Positions 8,529-17,042 of a DNA stretch of 64,000 nucleotides are shown piece after piece. Under the pieces are notes generated by a model. The model ran no database searches. It was given only the letters and a program-made list of their open reading frames with translations, and was not told the DNA's origin. The stretch lies in assembly GCA_965223425.1 (NCBI GenBank), contig OZ245003.1:896001-960000 (forward strand). Direction: 5' to 3'. Numbering within the stretch: position 1 is the stretch's first letter; every line of letters begins with the position of its first letter. Position numbers and translations under genes: made by a program. This stretch comes from Nitrosopumilus sp. Lineage in GTDB: Archaea; Thermoproteota; Nitrososphaeria; Nitrososphaerales; Nitrosopumilaceae.

Positions 8529-10342
8529 GGTTCATCCTGCGGTGACGTATCGAAGGTTTTCCTCTCGTACTCTGATGGCTCAAACTTTACGTCAAGACGG
8601 TACTTTTTGGTCATCATTATGGCATGGCCTGACTCAAATGACTTTATCCTGGCAGTCTCCTGCGGCGATAGCCCAAGTATTTTGGCTGCGCCGTCAGTTG
8701 CCTCCTCTTCCATGTTGAGCAGAATCTTAGTCTCCATGTTGTCAACTATCTTGTTTGCCCCGCCCCTGTCCTTTGCTATGTCATCAACGTTTTGCGATAC
8801 AAACAGAAACTTTACGTTACGCTTTCTTCCCATCCGGACTATCTGCTCGATGTATTTGGCAGCTCCCTCCATCTTGAATAGCATCCATGCCTCATCTAGC
8901 AGTACGATCTTTTGCGCATCCTGCGGCATCTCCTCTATTCTCTTCCAGACCTTGTTTAGTGCCAAAATAAGCAGCATTATCTCGTGTGGCTTGCCGTCTG
9001 CCTTTCTCATTGATATTACCAGCCTGTCAGATATCTTTGGAGTGCCGCGCATCATCTTTGCAAGCGGCCCATCGACTAGATCATCGAGCCACTTTTGCGA
9101 CTCGGGATTGTCCTTGAGCATATCGTACAGCTTGTCAATGCTGTCTACCTTGTCTGAGAACTTGCGAAACTGCTTTACGACATCTTCGGGTGCGCGCGTC
9201 ACGTTTCCCAAAATGTCTGCCGCATCGGCAGGCTCCAGTAACTTGAATGGATCAAAGCCTAGCTCGTCATCTCCTGTTATCTGGATTCGGTCAAGGCTCA
9301 GCGATGATGCAATATCATAGTATTCGCCCATCGGATCAATTACAAAGCACAAACTGTCTGGATATTTTTCTAATAGCCTGCGCAGGATCATCTTTGCGGT
9401 AAATGACTTGCCAGATCCGGACGTTCCAATTATTGCAACGTTATAGTTTGTCCTTTTTTGAAAGTCAAATATTACAGGCGCGCCGCTGTCTGTATTTATT
9501 CCAAGGACCAGTCCGTTTGGAACCTCTAGCATGTCGCCGGACACCATGGAATAAAGACACGACGTGCTTCCAAGGTCAAAGGTGAGTGTCTTGCCCCAGC
9601 CTTCTGATAGCATGGCGCCCTGCTTTCCAGTCTGCGTGCAGAACACTCCGCCGCTAATGCTTGAGACATTTCGAAATTCCCTGACTGCGCTCTTTAGGCT
9701 TTTTTTGTCATGCCCCAGTATGACGCATATTATCTTGCACCGGTACAGCCCAGAGTGCGTCTGCCTCATTGACTCTTCTGCACGCTCTAGTTTCTCGTAC
9801 TCTGCTGCAGATGATCTGGAGCGCCCAGCAGACTCGTAGAGCATCTCCTTTCTTTTTCTGATATAGTTTAGCGAGTCCTTGTGACTTACCGGCGTGATAT
9901 AAATTACAATTTCATAGCATGCAGGAAATATTCCAGTTGCAATCCATGCCCATGGCAGCTCATACGGCAGACTGTGCAGCGTAAAGCATTTTGCCACTGA
10001 CTTTGAGCCGTCTCCGGGATCAACTGTGAGGTCTCTCCAGCTTTCTTGGATTATTTTCATGCCTTTGTGTCCCCCTCCCAAATCAACGGCATACTCGTAG
10101 CGCAGCATCTCAAATATCTGGTTCAGGGGCTCGTTGCTAGACACGTACAGCTGTAAAATGGGCATGCCTGATACCTGCCCGTCTATTGGGACAGACAGTA
10201 TCTTTCTTGCAAGCCTTATGCGAATCGGCTTTTGGATTACGCGCAGCATGTCAAAAAACCCTCCAATCTTTTTTCGCTGCTTTGCCTCAGTTAGGGTGAC
10301 AAAGTTTGTAGGAGTTACAGTATAATGATACGAGAACTTCAC
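8525..10342 (-). CDS. virB4: VirB4/TraC-like conjugation ATPase
   Basis: NYNVAIIGTSGSGKS Walker A, VIDPMGEY, VLLDEAW Walker B, RMGRKRN, VSQ. Confidence 0.8.
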   Translation of the reverse strand: MKFSYHYTVTPTNFVTLTEAKQRKKIGGFFDMLRVIQKPIRIRLARKILSVPIDGQVSGMPILQLYVSSNEPLNQIFEMLRYEYAVDLGGGHKGMKIIQESWRDLTVDPGDGSKSVAKCFTLHSLPYELPWAWIATGIFPACYEIVIYITPVSHKDSLNYIRKRKEMLYESAGRSRSSAAEYEKLERAEESMRQTHSGLYRCKIICVILGHDKKSLKSAVREFRNVSSISGGVFCTQTGKQGAMLSEGWGKTLTFDLGSTSCLYSMVSGDMLEVPNGLVLGINTDSGAPVIFDFQKRTNYNVAIIGTSGSGKSFTAKMILRRLLEKYPDSLCFVIDPMGEYYDIASSLSLDRIQITGDDELGFDPFKLLEPADAADILGNVTRAPEDVVKQFRKFSDKVDSIDKLYDMLKDNPESQKWLDDLVDGPLAKMMRGTPKISDRLVISMRKADGKPHEIMLLILALNKVWKRIEEMPQDAQKIVLLDEAWMLFKMEGAAKYIEQIVRMGRKRNVKFLFVSQNVDDIAKDRGGANKIVDNMETKILLNMEEEATDGAAKILGLSPQETARIKSFESGHAIMMTKKYRLDVKFEPSEYERKTFDTSPQDEP

Positions 10343-10388
10343 ACAGGCAAAGCCGGCAGCGCTTAAAAGTCAGATATTTTTTTGATGT

Positions 10389-11891
10389 GTGGAACATTTT
10401 GCTGCAGGCGAGTTTAGCATTGCAAGGCTTCAGGTTGAGGACCCAAAAGAGATAGCAGAGTCATATGACGTCAATGGCGCTGTGGTATACATCACACATG
10501 ACGGCAGGTATCTGGTATCTGAGCCTGCGCTAAGTGATTCAGCTGAGAAAGTGTGGCGGCACCTGATGGATAACCTGTACTATTCGTATTCGGACTCTGA
10601 GAAGACTGATGCAATCCAGTCGATCAAAGAAAGGCTAGAGGAAGAGGCAAAACAGACAGCGGTACTGGACATCTACAACAAGGAGCGCCAAGCAATAGAG
10701 TACTATCTGATACGCGACATTGCAGGGTACTGCCAGATAGACGTTTTAATGAATGATCCGCACATCGAGGATATAATCTGTACGCGGTTTGACAGAGAGG
10801 TTGCGATAATTCACAGGAATCATCTGGAAAAAGAGATGCTAAAAACCAACATAAAATTTCCCACTTCGGAATCCTTTGATGGCCTGCTGCAGATAATATC
10901 GCAAAGACAGGGCCATGCGCCGACCACGTCAAAGCCAATTTTATACTGCTCTACAAAAAGCAACGACAGAATCACAATAACGTGGAGGAATGAGATTTCT
11001 TATCCCGGCTCCACACTTGCAATCCGCAAGTTTCCAAAGGAGCCGTACACAATAACCCACCTGCTAGAATCCGGCGTCCTCAGCCCGTTGATGGCATCAT
11101 ACGTCTGGATAATGAATGACGCAAGATCATTTTCGTTTGTTGTAGGTGAGACAGGATCAGGAAAAACTACGGCAATAAACGCACTTGTCTGCATGTCAAA
11201 TCCCAGATGGCATATCTTGACCATAGAGGAGACAAGGGAGCTGACCATACCCCACTTTTGGAACGAGCATCTGCTTACTAGAACCAGCCCGCATCTGGCA
11301 AAGTCAGACTATGATGTGGATATCATGGGGCTGGGCATGGCCGCACTCCGAAAAAAGCCGCACTATGTCATAGTCGGCGAGGTGAGAGGTCGGGAAGCCC
11401 AGCAGCTGTTTCAGATTGCCCTGACTGGACACGGCTGTGTGTCAAGTGTTCATGCGCCCAGCGCACAGGATTTGCTGACCAGACTTGGCGGTGATGAGAT
11501 TGGAATTACCAAAACCCAACAGATGAGCATCAACTATCTGCTCAACATACAAAAGGTAAAGACGCAAGGCAAGATTGGCAGAAAGGCAACATCGCTAACT
11601 GAGATTGTTCCGGGAGTGGATGGGCCCCAGCTGTATGAGCTGTTCAGATATGATCCAGAAAACGAGTCCTTTGCGCCATGTGACATTGATGATGTGATAA
11701 AAAACAGCAGGCGGCTAGAATATGCAACGCGGTTCTTGGGAATATCTGACGTTAAACAAGACATGCAGAGTCGCATCTCCTTGTTGGAACAATGTGTAAG
11801 GCAAAAGGCGTACAGAATCAGAGAGACGTTTGGGATAATCTCAAAGTATTACAACGTAGCTGATCCCTCAGGGCCCCTGACACCTGATTGA
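10389..11891 (+). CDS. Type II/IV secretion ATPase (TadA/FlaI/VirB11 family)
   Basis: DPHIEDI, AIRKF, GETGSGKTT, TIEETREL, IVGEVRG, TGH...H. Confidence 0.9.
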   Translation: MEHFAAGEFSIARLQVEDPKEIAESYDVNGAVVYITHDGRYLVSEPALSDSAEKVWRHLMDNLYYSYSDSEKTDAIQSIKERLEEEAKQTAVLDIYNKERQAIEYYLIRDIAGYCQIDVLMNDPHIEDIICTRFDREVAIIHRNHLEKEMLKTNIKFPTSESFDGLLQIISQRQGHAPTTSKPILYCSTKSNDRITITWRNEISYPGSTLAIRKFPKEPYTITHLLESGVLSPLMASYVWIMNDARSFSFVVGETGSGKTTAINALVCMSNPRWHILTIEETRELTIPHFWNEHLLTRTSPHLAKSDYDVDIMGLGMAALRKKPHYVIVGEVRGREAQQLFQIALTGHGCVSSVHAPSAQDLLTRLGGDEIGITKTQQMSINYLLNIQKVKTQGKIGRKATSLTEIVPGVDGPQLYELFRYDPENESFAPCDIDDVIKNSRRLEYATRFLGISDVKQDMQSRISLLEQCVRQKAYRIRETFGIISKYYNVADPSGPLTPD

Positions 11892-11915
11892 CCAGTTAAG
11901 GCCACTACACTGATA

Positions 11916-12089
11916 CAGATATCTCTGCTTCTCTATTTTTAAACCTTTAACAGCCGATCTATGGATATTTTCCACGGGAAGATAGAACCCGACAGTTAAC
12001 AAGGAGAGATCCCACCCAGACTACGCCCGACACGCAGCAGGGATAAAATTTCTAGCTAACACCCGCTAACGCAACAGAACCGAACCCTG
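11916..12089 (-). ncRNA. Candidate structured ncRNA (about 175 nt) downstream of the RusA-like gene
   Basis: The minus strand forms nested G-U-containing stems: GUUAGC/GUUAGC hairpin, AUCCC/GGGAU, CUGCGU/GCGUAG, UUAAC..GUCG..UCUAU/AUAGA..CGGC..GUUAA, and closing UUCUGUU/AGCAGAG. Confidence 0.5.
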
Positions 12090-12110
12090 AAAAGTATTAT
12101 AATTATGCAA

Positions 12111-12527
12111 TTATTCTGTGTATTCAAATATCTGTAAATCAATACCTTCCTGTAATTTTTCCTTGATAATTCTCTTCTTACAGTCTATATGAAAAATTTT
12201 ATTGTCAGTGGGAATTAATCCCAATCCTTGATGATCTTCATTTTTGTCCATATAATTAGGCAAAGTATCTAGCAATATCTTGAGCAGATTATCAAGATCT
12301 TTTTTTGCTCGCCCCTCATTCTTATCATCATCATAGAGATTAAAACATACCTTCAAAGATAGTTTTTTCCCTCTGCACTGATTTTTGAGTTTCTCTAAAT
12401 TTTCTATTTTTTCCTCAAGTATTTTTTTTAACTCTGTTTTTCGCTCCATTCTATTGTTACCATCTGTCATCGGCTCAAATCCAGTTATTGATGTTTTCCA
12501 CAAACACCGAGATAAAAAACATCGCAT
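12111..12527 (-). CDS. RusA-like endonuclease/Holliday junction resolvase (true start uncertain, possibly 12467)
   Basis: KKDLDNLLKILLDTL...DNKI RusA signature. Confidence 0.7.
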   Translation of the reverse strand: MRCFLSRCLWKTSITGFEPMTDGNNRMERKTELKKILEEKIENLEKLKNQCRGKKLSLKVCFNLYDDDKNEGRAKKDLDNLLKILLDTLPNYMDKNEDHQGLGLIPTDNKIFHIDCKKRIIKEKLQEGIDLQIFEYTE

Positions 12528-12571
12528 GTCTCAAATGTATGATGTTTCATATATCAAGAATTCCATTTGTC

Positions 12572-12970
12572 TCATTGAGGGATACTCCGTCTCACAAACG
12601 TCTCATTGCTATTTGTCGCAACAATGTGTAGTAACGCAAAAAAATATGCAATTGCAATGCTTGCCCCAACATCAATGTCTAGTACAATGATAGCTGGCAT
12701 CAACATCACGCAAAAAGACTCTATCATAACAACAAACAGCATTGCAAGATTACGTGAAAACTTGCCATACACAAAAGACAGCACAAGGCTGCGCTCATAT
12801 CTTGGTATGTAGGATTCATTTGCAAAGGTAATCTGCAGGTCTAGCATCATGGATGCTGTCCACATGCCAAAGATTAGAGCAGATGTGATATAATCAACAT
12901 CAGGTCTTAGAAAAAAATACAAAAATAAGATTCCCGCCGACGCTACAACCAGAACTCTCTGGTGTGTCAT
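12572..12970 (-). CDS. Multi-pass membrane protein of the ICE
   Basis: About 4 TM segments; stop/start overlap with the upstream gene. Confidence 0.6.
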   Translation of the reverse strand: MTHQRVLVVASAGILFLYFFLRPDVDYITSALIFGMWTASMMLDLQITFANESYIPRYERSLVLSFVYGKFSRNLAMLFVVMIESFCVMLMPAIIVLDIDVGASIAIAYFFALLHIVATNSNETFVRRSIPQ

Positions 12971-13326
12971 GGCAGGGAACTTTTGGGATTATCCTCTGGG
13001 GCAAACCTGTACTGCATTCCCTTTATGCCAAAGGCCACGATGATAATTATCGCGCCTCCTATTCTGATCGCATTGAGGGCAACACCAATCAGACTTGTAA
13101 TGTCCTTTGAGAACAGGGCGTTTTCCTGGCAGTTCTCATCATCATCTACTGTACAAAAGCTGTTAATGTCAACTCCCATTAGCGGTGCCACAATGGTTGG
13201 CGCACCTATTATGAAGACAATAGCGATGAATGCCTTTTTGCCAAACTTTACAAGGTCGCCCTTGCTTTTTCCTTCGTCATCATCACCAAACATACACTGA
13301 AGACATCGGTTTGAATTTAAAGGCAA
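12967..13326 (-). CDS. Small two-TM protein, VirB2/TrbC pilin-like candidate
   Basis: Two hydrophobic helices (IRIGGAIIIIVAFGIKG) in the transfer operon. Confidence 0.45.
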   Translation of the reverse strand: MPLNSNRCLQCMFGDDDEGKSKGDLVKFGKKAFIAIVFIIGAPTIVAPLMGVDINSFCTVDDDENCQENALFSKDITSLIGVALNAIRIGGAIIIIVAFGIKGMQYRFAPEDNPKSSLP

Positions 13327-13332
13327 AAAAAT

Positions 13333-14064
13333 TTATCGGCATCTCTTTACATCAAGTGTTGCATCAACTACTGACCCGCTTATCCCGTCTGCTACCACCT
13401 TGAGACGCTTTGCGCCCTCACTTTTTGGAACAAACGTCATTCCAATGACGCCATCTGAGTCAGTAGTAATTGAGCTGAGCAGCTCATCATCAATGTATGC
13501 ACGTACAAGCTTGTGTCGCATGGGACTCCCTTTCAGATCATACAGGGTTATTGTAAGGTTTTTTGGAATCCCAAGATCAGTTACTGCCACATCATAGTTT
13601 CTAGTCTGTGATGGTACTGGTGTGATGTCGTCTTTGTGCGCAAAGCCTGCATACGAGCTTTTCGTCTCTGATTTCCTTTTGGCTTTTTTCTGTGTTGAGG
13701 ATCTTACAGAGGTGCGATGCATTGCAAACCGCACAAGAATTACAATTAATTTGTCCATTGGGACAAGCTTGGGTCGCGGCATGCCAAGTGCCAATCCCAA
13801 AGGAATCGGGGCCAACGCAAGCAGCACGTCCCATGTTATCTTTATCTGGCCATTTACCGCTGTAAATGAAAATGCTGGATCTGGAAACGCCCCACGAACT
13901 GCCTCAGAACCTGCAGAGTATATCATCATTGGAAGTATCACTGCCAGCCCGACTATGATTCCAATCTGCCTGAATGATGCCTTGCCAATAATTGGAAGCG
14001 CAATTACTGGCTCGTTTATGGTATCTGTGTTTTCAAAGACTGTAAGGACAGTATAGTTGCTCAA
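13333..14064 (-). CDS. VirB3/PrgI-like membrane protein with C-terminal Ig-like domain
   Basis: SFRQIGIIVG TM hairpin; TTDSDG beta-sandwich C-terminus. Confidence 0.5.
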   Translation of the reverse strand: MSNYTVLTVFENTDTINEPVIALPIIGKASFRQIGIIVGLAVILPMMIYSAGSEAVRGAFPDPAFSFTAVNGQIKITWDVLLALAPIPLGLALGMPRPKLVPMDKLIVILVRFAMHRTSVRSSTQKKAKRKSETKSSYAGFAHKDDITPVPSQTRNYDVAVTDLGIPKNLTITLYDLKGSPMRHKLVRAYIDDELLSSITTDSDGVIGMTFVPKSEGAKRLKVVADGISGSVVDATLDVKRCR

Positions 14065-14097
14065 GCAGAAATAAAAAGAAAAAGAGGATAAAAGGCA

Positions 14098-14568
14098 CTA
14101 TCTGACTCGAACCGTAGCAGGCTCTATCAGCTGGCTTCCATCAGCAGTAGTTGCCCGCACCACGATTGCAATCTCCTGGCCTGCAGTAAATGATGTTGCA
14201 GTACCGTTTGCATTGACTATTTTCTCGTATGCCGAACCTGTCGTGCCCGGGGTTAGTGGAGATGGAACCAGCGATACCGTAAATGGCTGCACCCCTGTAG
14301 TTGCCAAATCCGTATCTACCATGACCTGTGCCTCAAGTGCAGTAATGTCACCGTTTCCGGTGTTTTTTATATTCACTGAGACAAATGCCTCACTTCCCAC
14401 CTGTTGCACAAAGATCTTTTGCAAAGATACAGAGCCTGCTATTGTCTGCACGTCAAATATGTCGCTTGCAAAGCTAAACAATACTCCTGCAAAGATGATT
14501 ACAATTCCCACAATCATTGCAACCTGCATCAGACCGCTTATTCCGCGTCTTTTCTTGGTGATGTTCAT
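14098..14568 (-). CDS. Archaeal type IV pilin
   Basis: KKRRG/ISGLMQ class III signal, hydrophobic helix, IKNTGN. Confidence 0.85.
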   Translation of the reverse strand: MNITKKRRGISGLMQVAMIVGIVIIFAGVLFSFASDIFDVQTIAGSVSLQKIFVQQVGSEAFVSVNIKNTGNGDITALEAQVMVDTDLATTGVQPFTVSLVPSPLTPGTTGSAYEKIVNANGTATSFTAGQEIAIVVRATTADGSQLIEPATVRVR

Positions 14569-14642
14569 GGTATCAAAGAATGGATTGTATAAAAGATGGC
14601 AAAATTAGATGAAAGATCGTATCTTCCTCTTTGTCAGAAGGT

Positions 14643-14905
14643 TCAGTCCCTGCCGTAGACTGACTTGTGATCACATACCCGTAAAAATTCAACAACCCAC
14701 TCTCCGTATATGATGGAATAGATAATACGATATTTTCTGCCAAGTTCGTAGGAAAAGATTTTCTTGTTTGATTTGTATGTTCGAAGATCAGCTGGATTTG
14801 TTGCAGATGCAATGCCTGCAACTGCCTATCTGTCATGTCTTGCATATCTGAATTCAAGTTCTTGTACTGTTTGAGGAATTTGTTATCCGTCTGGGAATCC
14901 CACAT
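14643..14905 (-). pseudogene. RelE-like toxin, frameshifted
   Basis: MWDSQTDNKFLKQYKNL... shifts frame to NPADL..YK...FSYELGRKYRIIY...LRVCDHKSVYGRD*. Confidence 0.8.
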
Positions 14906-14908
14906 CTT

Positions 14909-15061
14909 TTAATCACTGTTACGTGCTTTGTGAAGTTCTTTGAGAAATTCTTCTGGCGTTCCTTGCACATGTTCTTCTGGGTGTGCATAATACTCGTTAA
15001 TATCGGCCATCTCTTCATCTGAAAGGGGTGGTGAATCTATCTGTCGTCGTGTATCTGACAT
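14909..15061 (-). CDS. Small antitoxin (50 aa, not in ORF track)
   Basis: MSDTRRQ...GTPEEFLKELHK resembles the other two antitoxins; immediately upstream of the toxin. Confidence 0.7.
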   Translation of the reverse strand: MSDTRRQIDSPPLSDEEMADINEYYAHPEEHVQGTPEEFLKELHKARNSD

Positions 15062-15097
15062 GTACTGTCATACAATTACTGATTTAAAAATTATCAG

Positions 15098-17026
15098 ATG
15101 TGGAACTGTACAACAGGTGTTAATTTCTACCTGTTTTATCTGATGTGTCATTTTACTGTATTGTCCGGATACAGGGAATGGTTTGTAATGCCGCTGGTAC
15201 TGCTAGTTACAGCATCATTTCTTTTGCACAGACCGCACTTCTTTGTGATGTTTTCTGCATTGCTTGCAGCAGTGCTGCTGTACAATAAATTCACAAAGCT
15301 TGCAGGAAAACTCAGGCAGGCAAGACCCGAAATTCCTGCAATGTCCAAAATTATAGTCACTGATCTGCAGGCAGATTCGCTGGTATCATTTTTCAAGCCG
15401 ATACTGCAGATTGCCATACTTCAAAGGATTCAGGACGGTATCGAGGAGAGGATAAAGTCCGACATTCTAAAGTCCGGCTCTGTCCAAAACCCGCGCCTCT
15501 TGGGGATAAAGAGCGTGCTGTACCCGATGATTGCAGCAATCGTAGCTGTCCCTGCAGGAGTTGTCATTTTCTTCTTGTACCATGAGGCATTCATCACGGT
15601 TTTGCTTGTGCCTGTTTTCTTGTTTGGGTTTTATTTTGCCACGCTCAAGATACGAACAGCCGATAGAAAAAACTCGATAGAAGACGAGTTTGCATCATTT
15701 GCAGCAGTCGCAAGCATAATGGAGTCAGTACACGTATCATTGTTCTCCACATTTGAAGCCGTTGCCGATTCTGCATCTGGAATATTTCCTGTAATGAAAA
15801 AAGAAGGACAGAGAATCAAAAACATAACTGCACTGGGAAAGAGTCCGACTGATGCGCTGATGGATCTGGCAGACACCCATCCAAATGAATCATTTCGCGA
15901 CTTTGTCCAAGGGTACATATCATCGTGGAACACTGGAGGGGCTGACACTGCAGCATATCTGCAAGAGCAGTCACACAGGTTTTTTAAATTCATGCAAAGC
16001 AAAATGACTCGATATACCAAACAGGCAGATTCGATTGCACAGATAATTCTGACTGTAATGCTGCTCTTGCCCATGATGGGGTTGTCCATGATGTTTTTTG
16101 CAACAGGGCAGATGGCAGCCACCATGATACTTCTTTTGATAGTGGTACTGCCATTTGTTACGGTAATTCTGATAAGCTTTGTGCAGATAAAGCAGCCAAA
16201 AAATATAGAGTGCATCAGAGTCTCACCTGTAATATTTCTGGCAGGAGGGGCAAGCGCGATTCTGGTGTATCTGCTTAGAGGATCAGTTTGGGAGGCAATA
16301 GGTGCAGGAGTAGTGGCTGGCTCTTTTCTCAACATGGTTTTGCTGCAAAAAAAATTCACAGAGATTGCAGATACAGAGTCGCCGCTTCCTGAATTTATGA
16401 GACAGATAACCCGATTCAAAAACATTGGCGCAGATATCATGCACGGAATACAAAATATAAGATACGAGGCATCCCAAAAAAACCGCTCAAAGTTCAACGA
16501 TACCTTTGATGGAATAATAGAGTCACTGTATCGAAAAATGATGTCAGGCAGTACGCTAAGCGAGGCAGTCGCAAGAACTGGAATAAGGTCACACAATGCA
16601 AGAATCGTATTTTTCATACTGGGTAAGATACACGAGTCAGGCGGAGGAACTGCAAAGACGCTTGATGATGTGACTCGGTGGGTCACAGAGTATGCAGATG
16701 CCAAAAAAGAGATGATTGTAAACCTCCGTGCATCATTATTTACCGCGTTTATCGGGCCTGTGCTGATGGTAATGATGAGCGTAGTGTCAAACCAGCTTGC
16801 AGCTGAGTTTGACAGCTCAAATCTTGCAGGTATCGGGATTGGGCTTGATGCGACAGCTGATGTTTCAGGACTGTCTGAGGTTCTCACCATTACCGCTGTT
16901 GTGTGCATGGGAGTGGTGCTGTCTAAGATAAACTATTTTACCGTACAGCACACCACATTTACCGGAATAATTACGGCAGTAACAATGGCGCTGTTATACG
17001 CAATACCGTATTTTCCAGAGTTTTGA
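15098..17026 (+). CDS. T2SS-F/TadC/FlaJ-type pilus platform membrane protein (start uncertain)
   Basis: Two GspF-like repeats (ESGGG...L; SWNTGG) with multiple TMs. Confidence 0.85.
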   Translation: MWNCTTGVNFYLFYLMCHFTVLSGYREWFVMPLVLLVTASFLLHRPHFFVMFSALLAAVLLYNKFTKLAGKLRQARPEIPAMSKIIVTDLQADSLVSFFKPILQIAILQRIQDGIEERIKSDILKSGSVQNPRLLGIKSVLYPMIAAIVAVPAGVVIFFLYHEAFITVLLVPVFLFGFYFATLKIRTADRKNSIEDEFASFAAVASIMESVHVSLFSTFEAVADSASGIFPVMKKEGQRIKNITALGKSPTDALMDLADTHPNESFRDFVQGYISSWNTGGADTAAYLQEQSHRFFKFMQSKMTRYTKQADSIAQIILTVMLLLPMMGLSMMFFATGQMAATMILLLIVVLPFVTVILISFVQIKQPKNIECIRVSPVIFLAGGASAILVYLLRGSVWEAIGAGVVAGSFLNMVLLQKKFTEIADTESPLPEFMRQITRFKNIGADIMHGIQNIRYEASQKNRSKFNDTFDGIIESLYRKMMSGSTLSEAVARTGIRSHNARIVFFILGKIHESGGGTAKTLDDVTRWVTEYADAKKEMIVNLRASLFTAFIGPVLMVMMSVVSNQLAAEFDSSNLAGIGIGLDATADVSGLSEVLTITAVVCMGVVLSKINYFTVQHTTFTGIITAVTMALLYAIPYFPEF

Positions 17027-17042
17027 CTGTAATGGATAATTT

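Noticed and set aside
14573-14905. 110-aa ORF as an intact protein
   Set aside because: It is the frameshifted read-through of a RelE-like toxin.
15631-16908. Long antisense ORFs (also 8505..9320 and 53477..54241)
   Set aside because: Shadows of well-supported genes on the opposite strand, with no motifs of their own.
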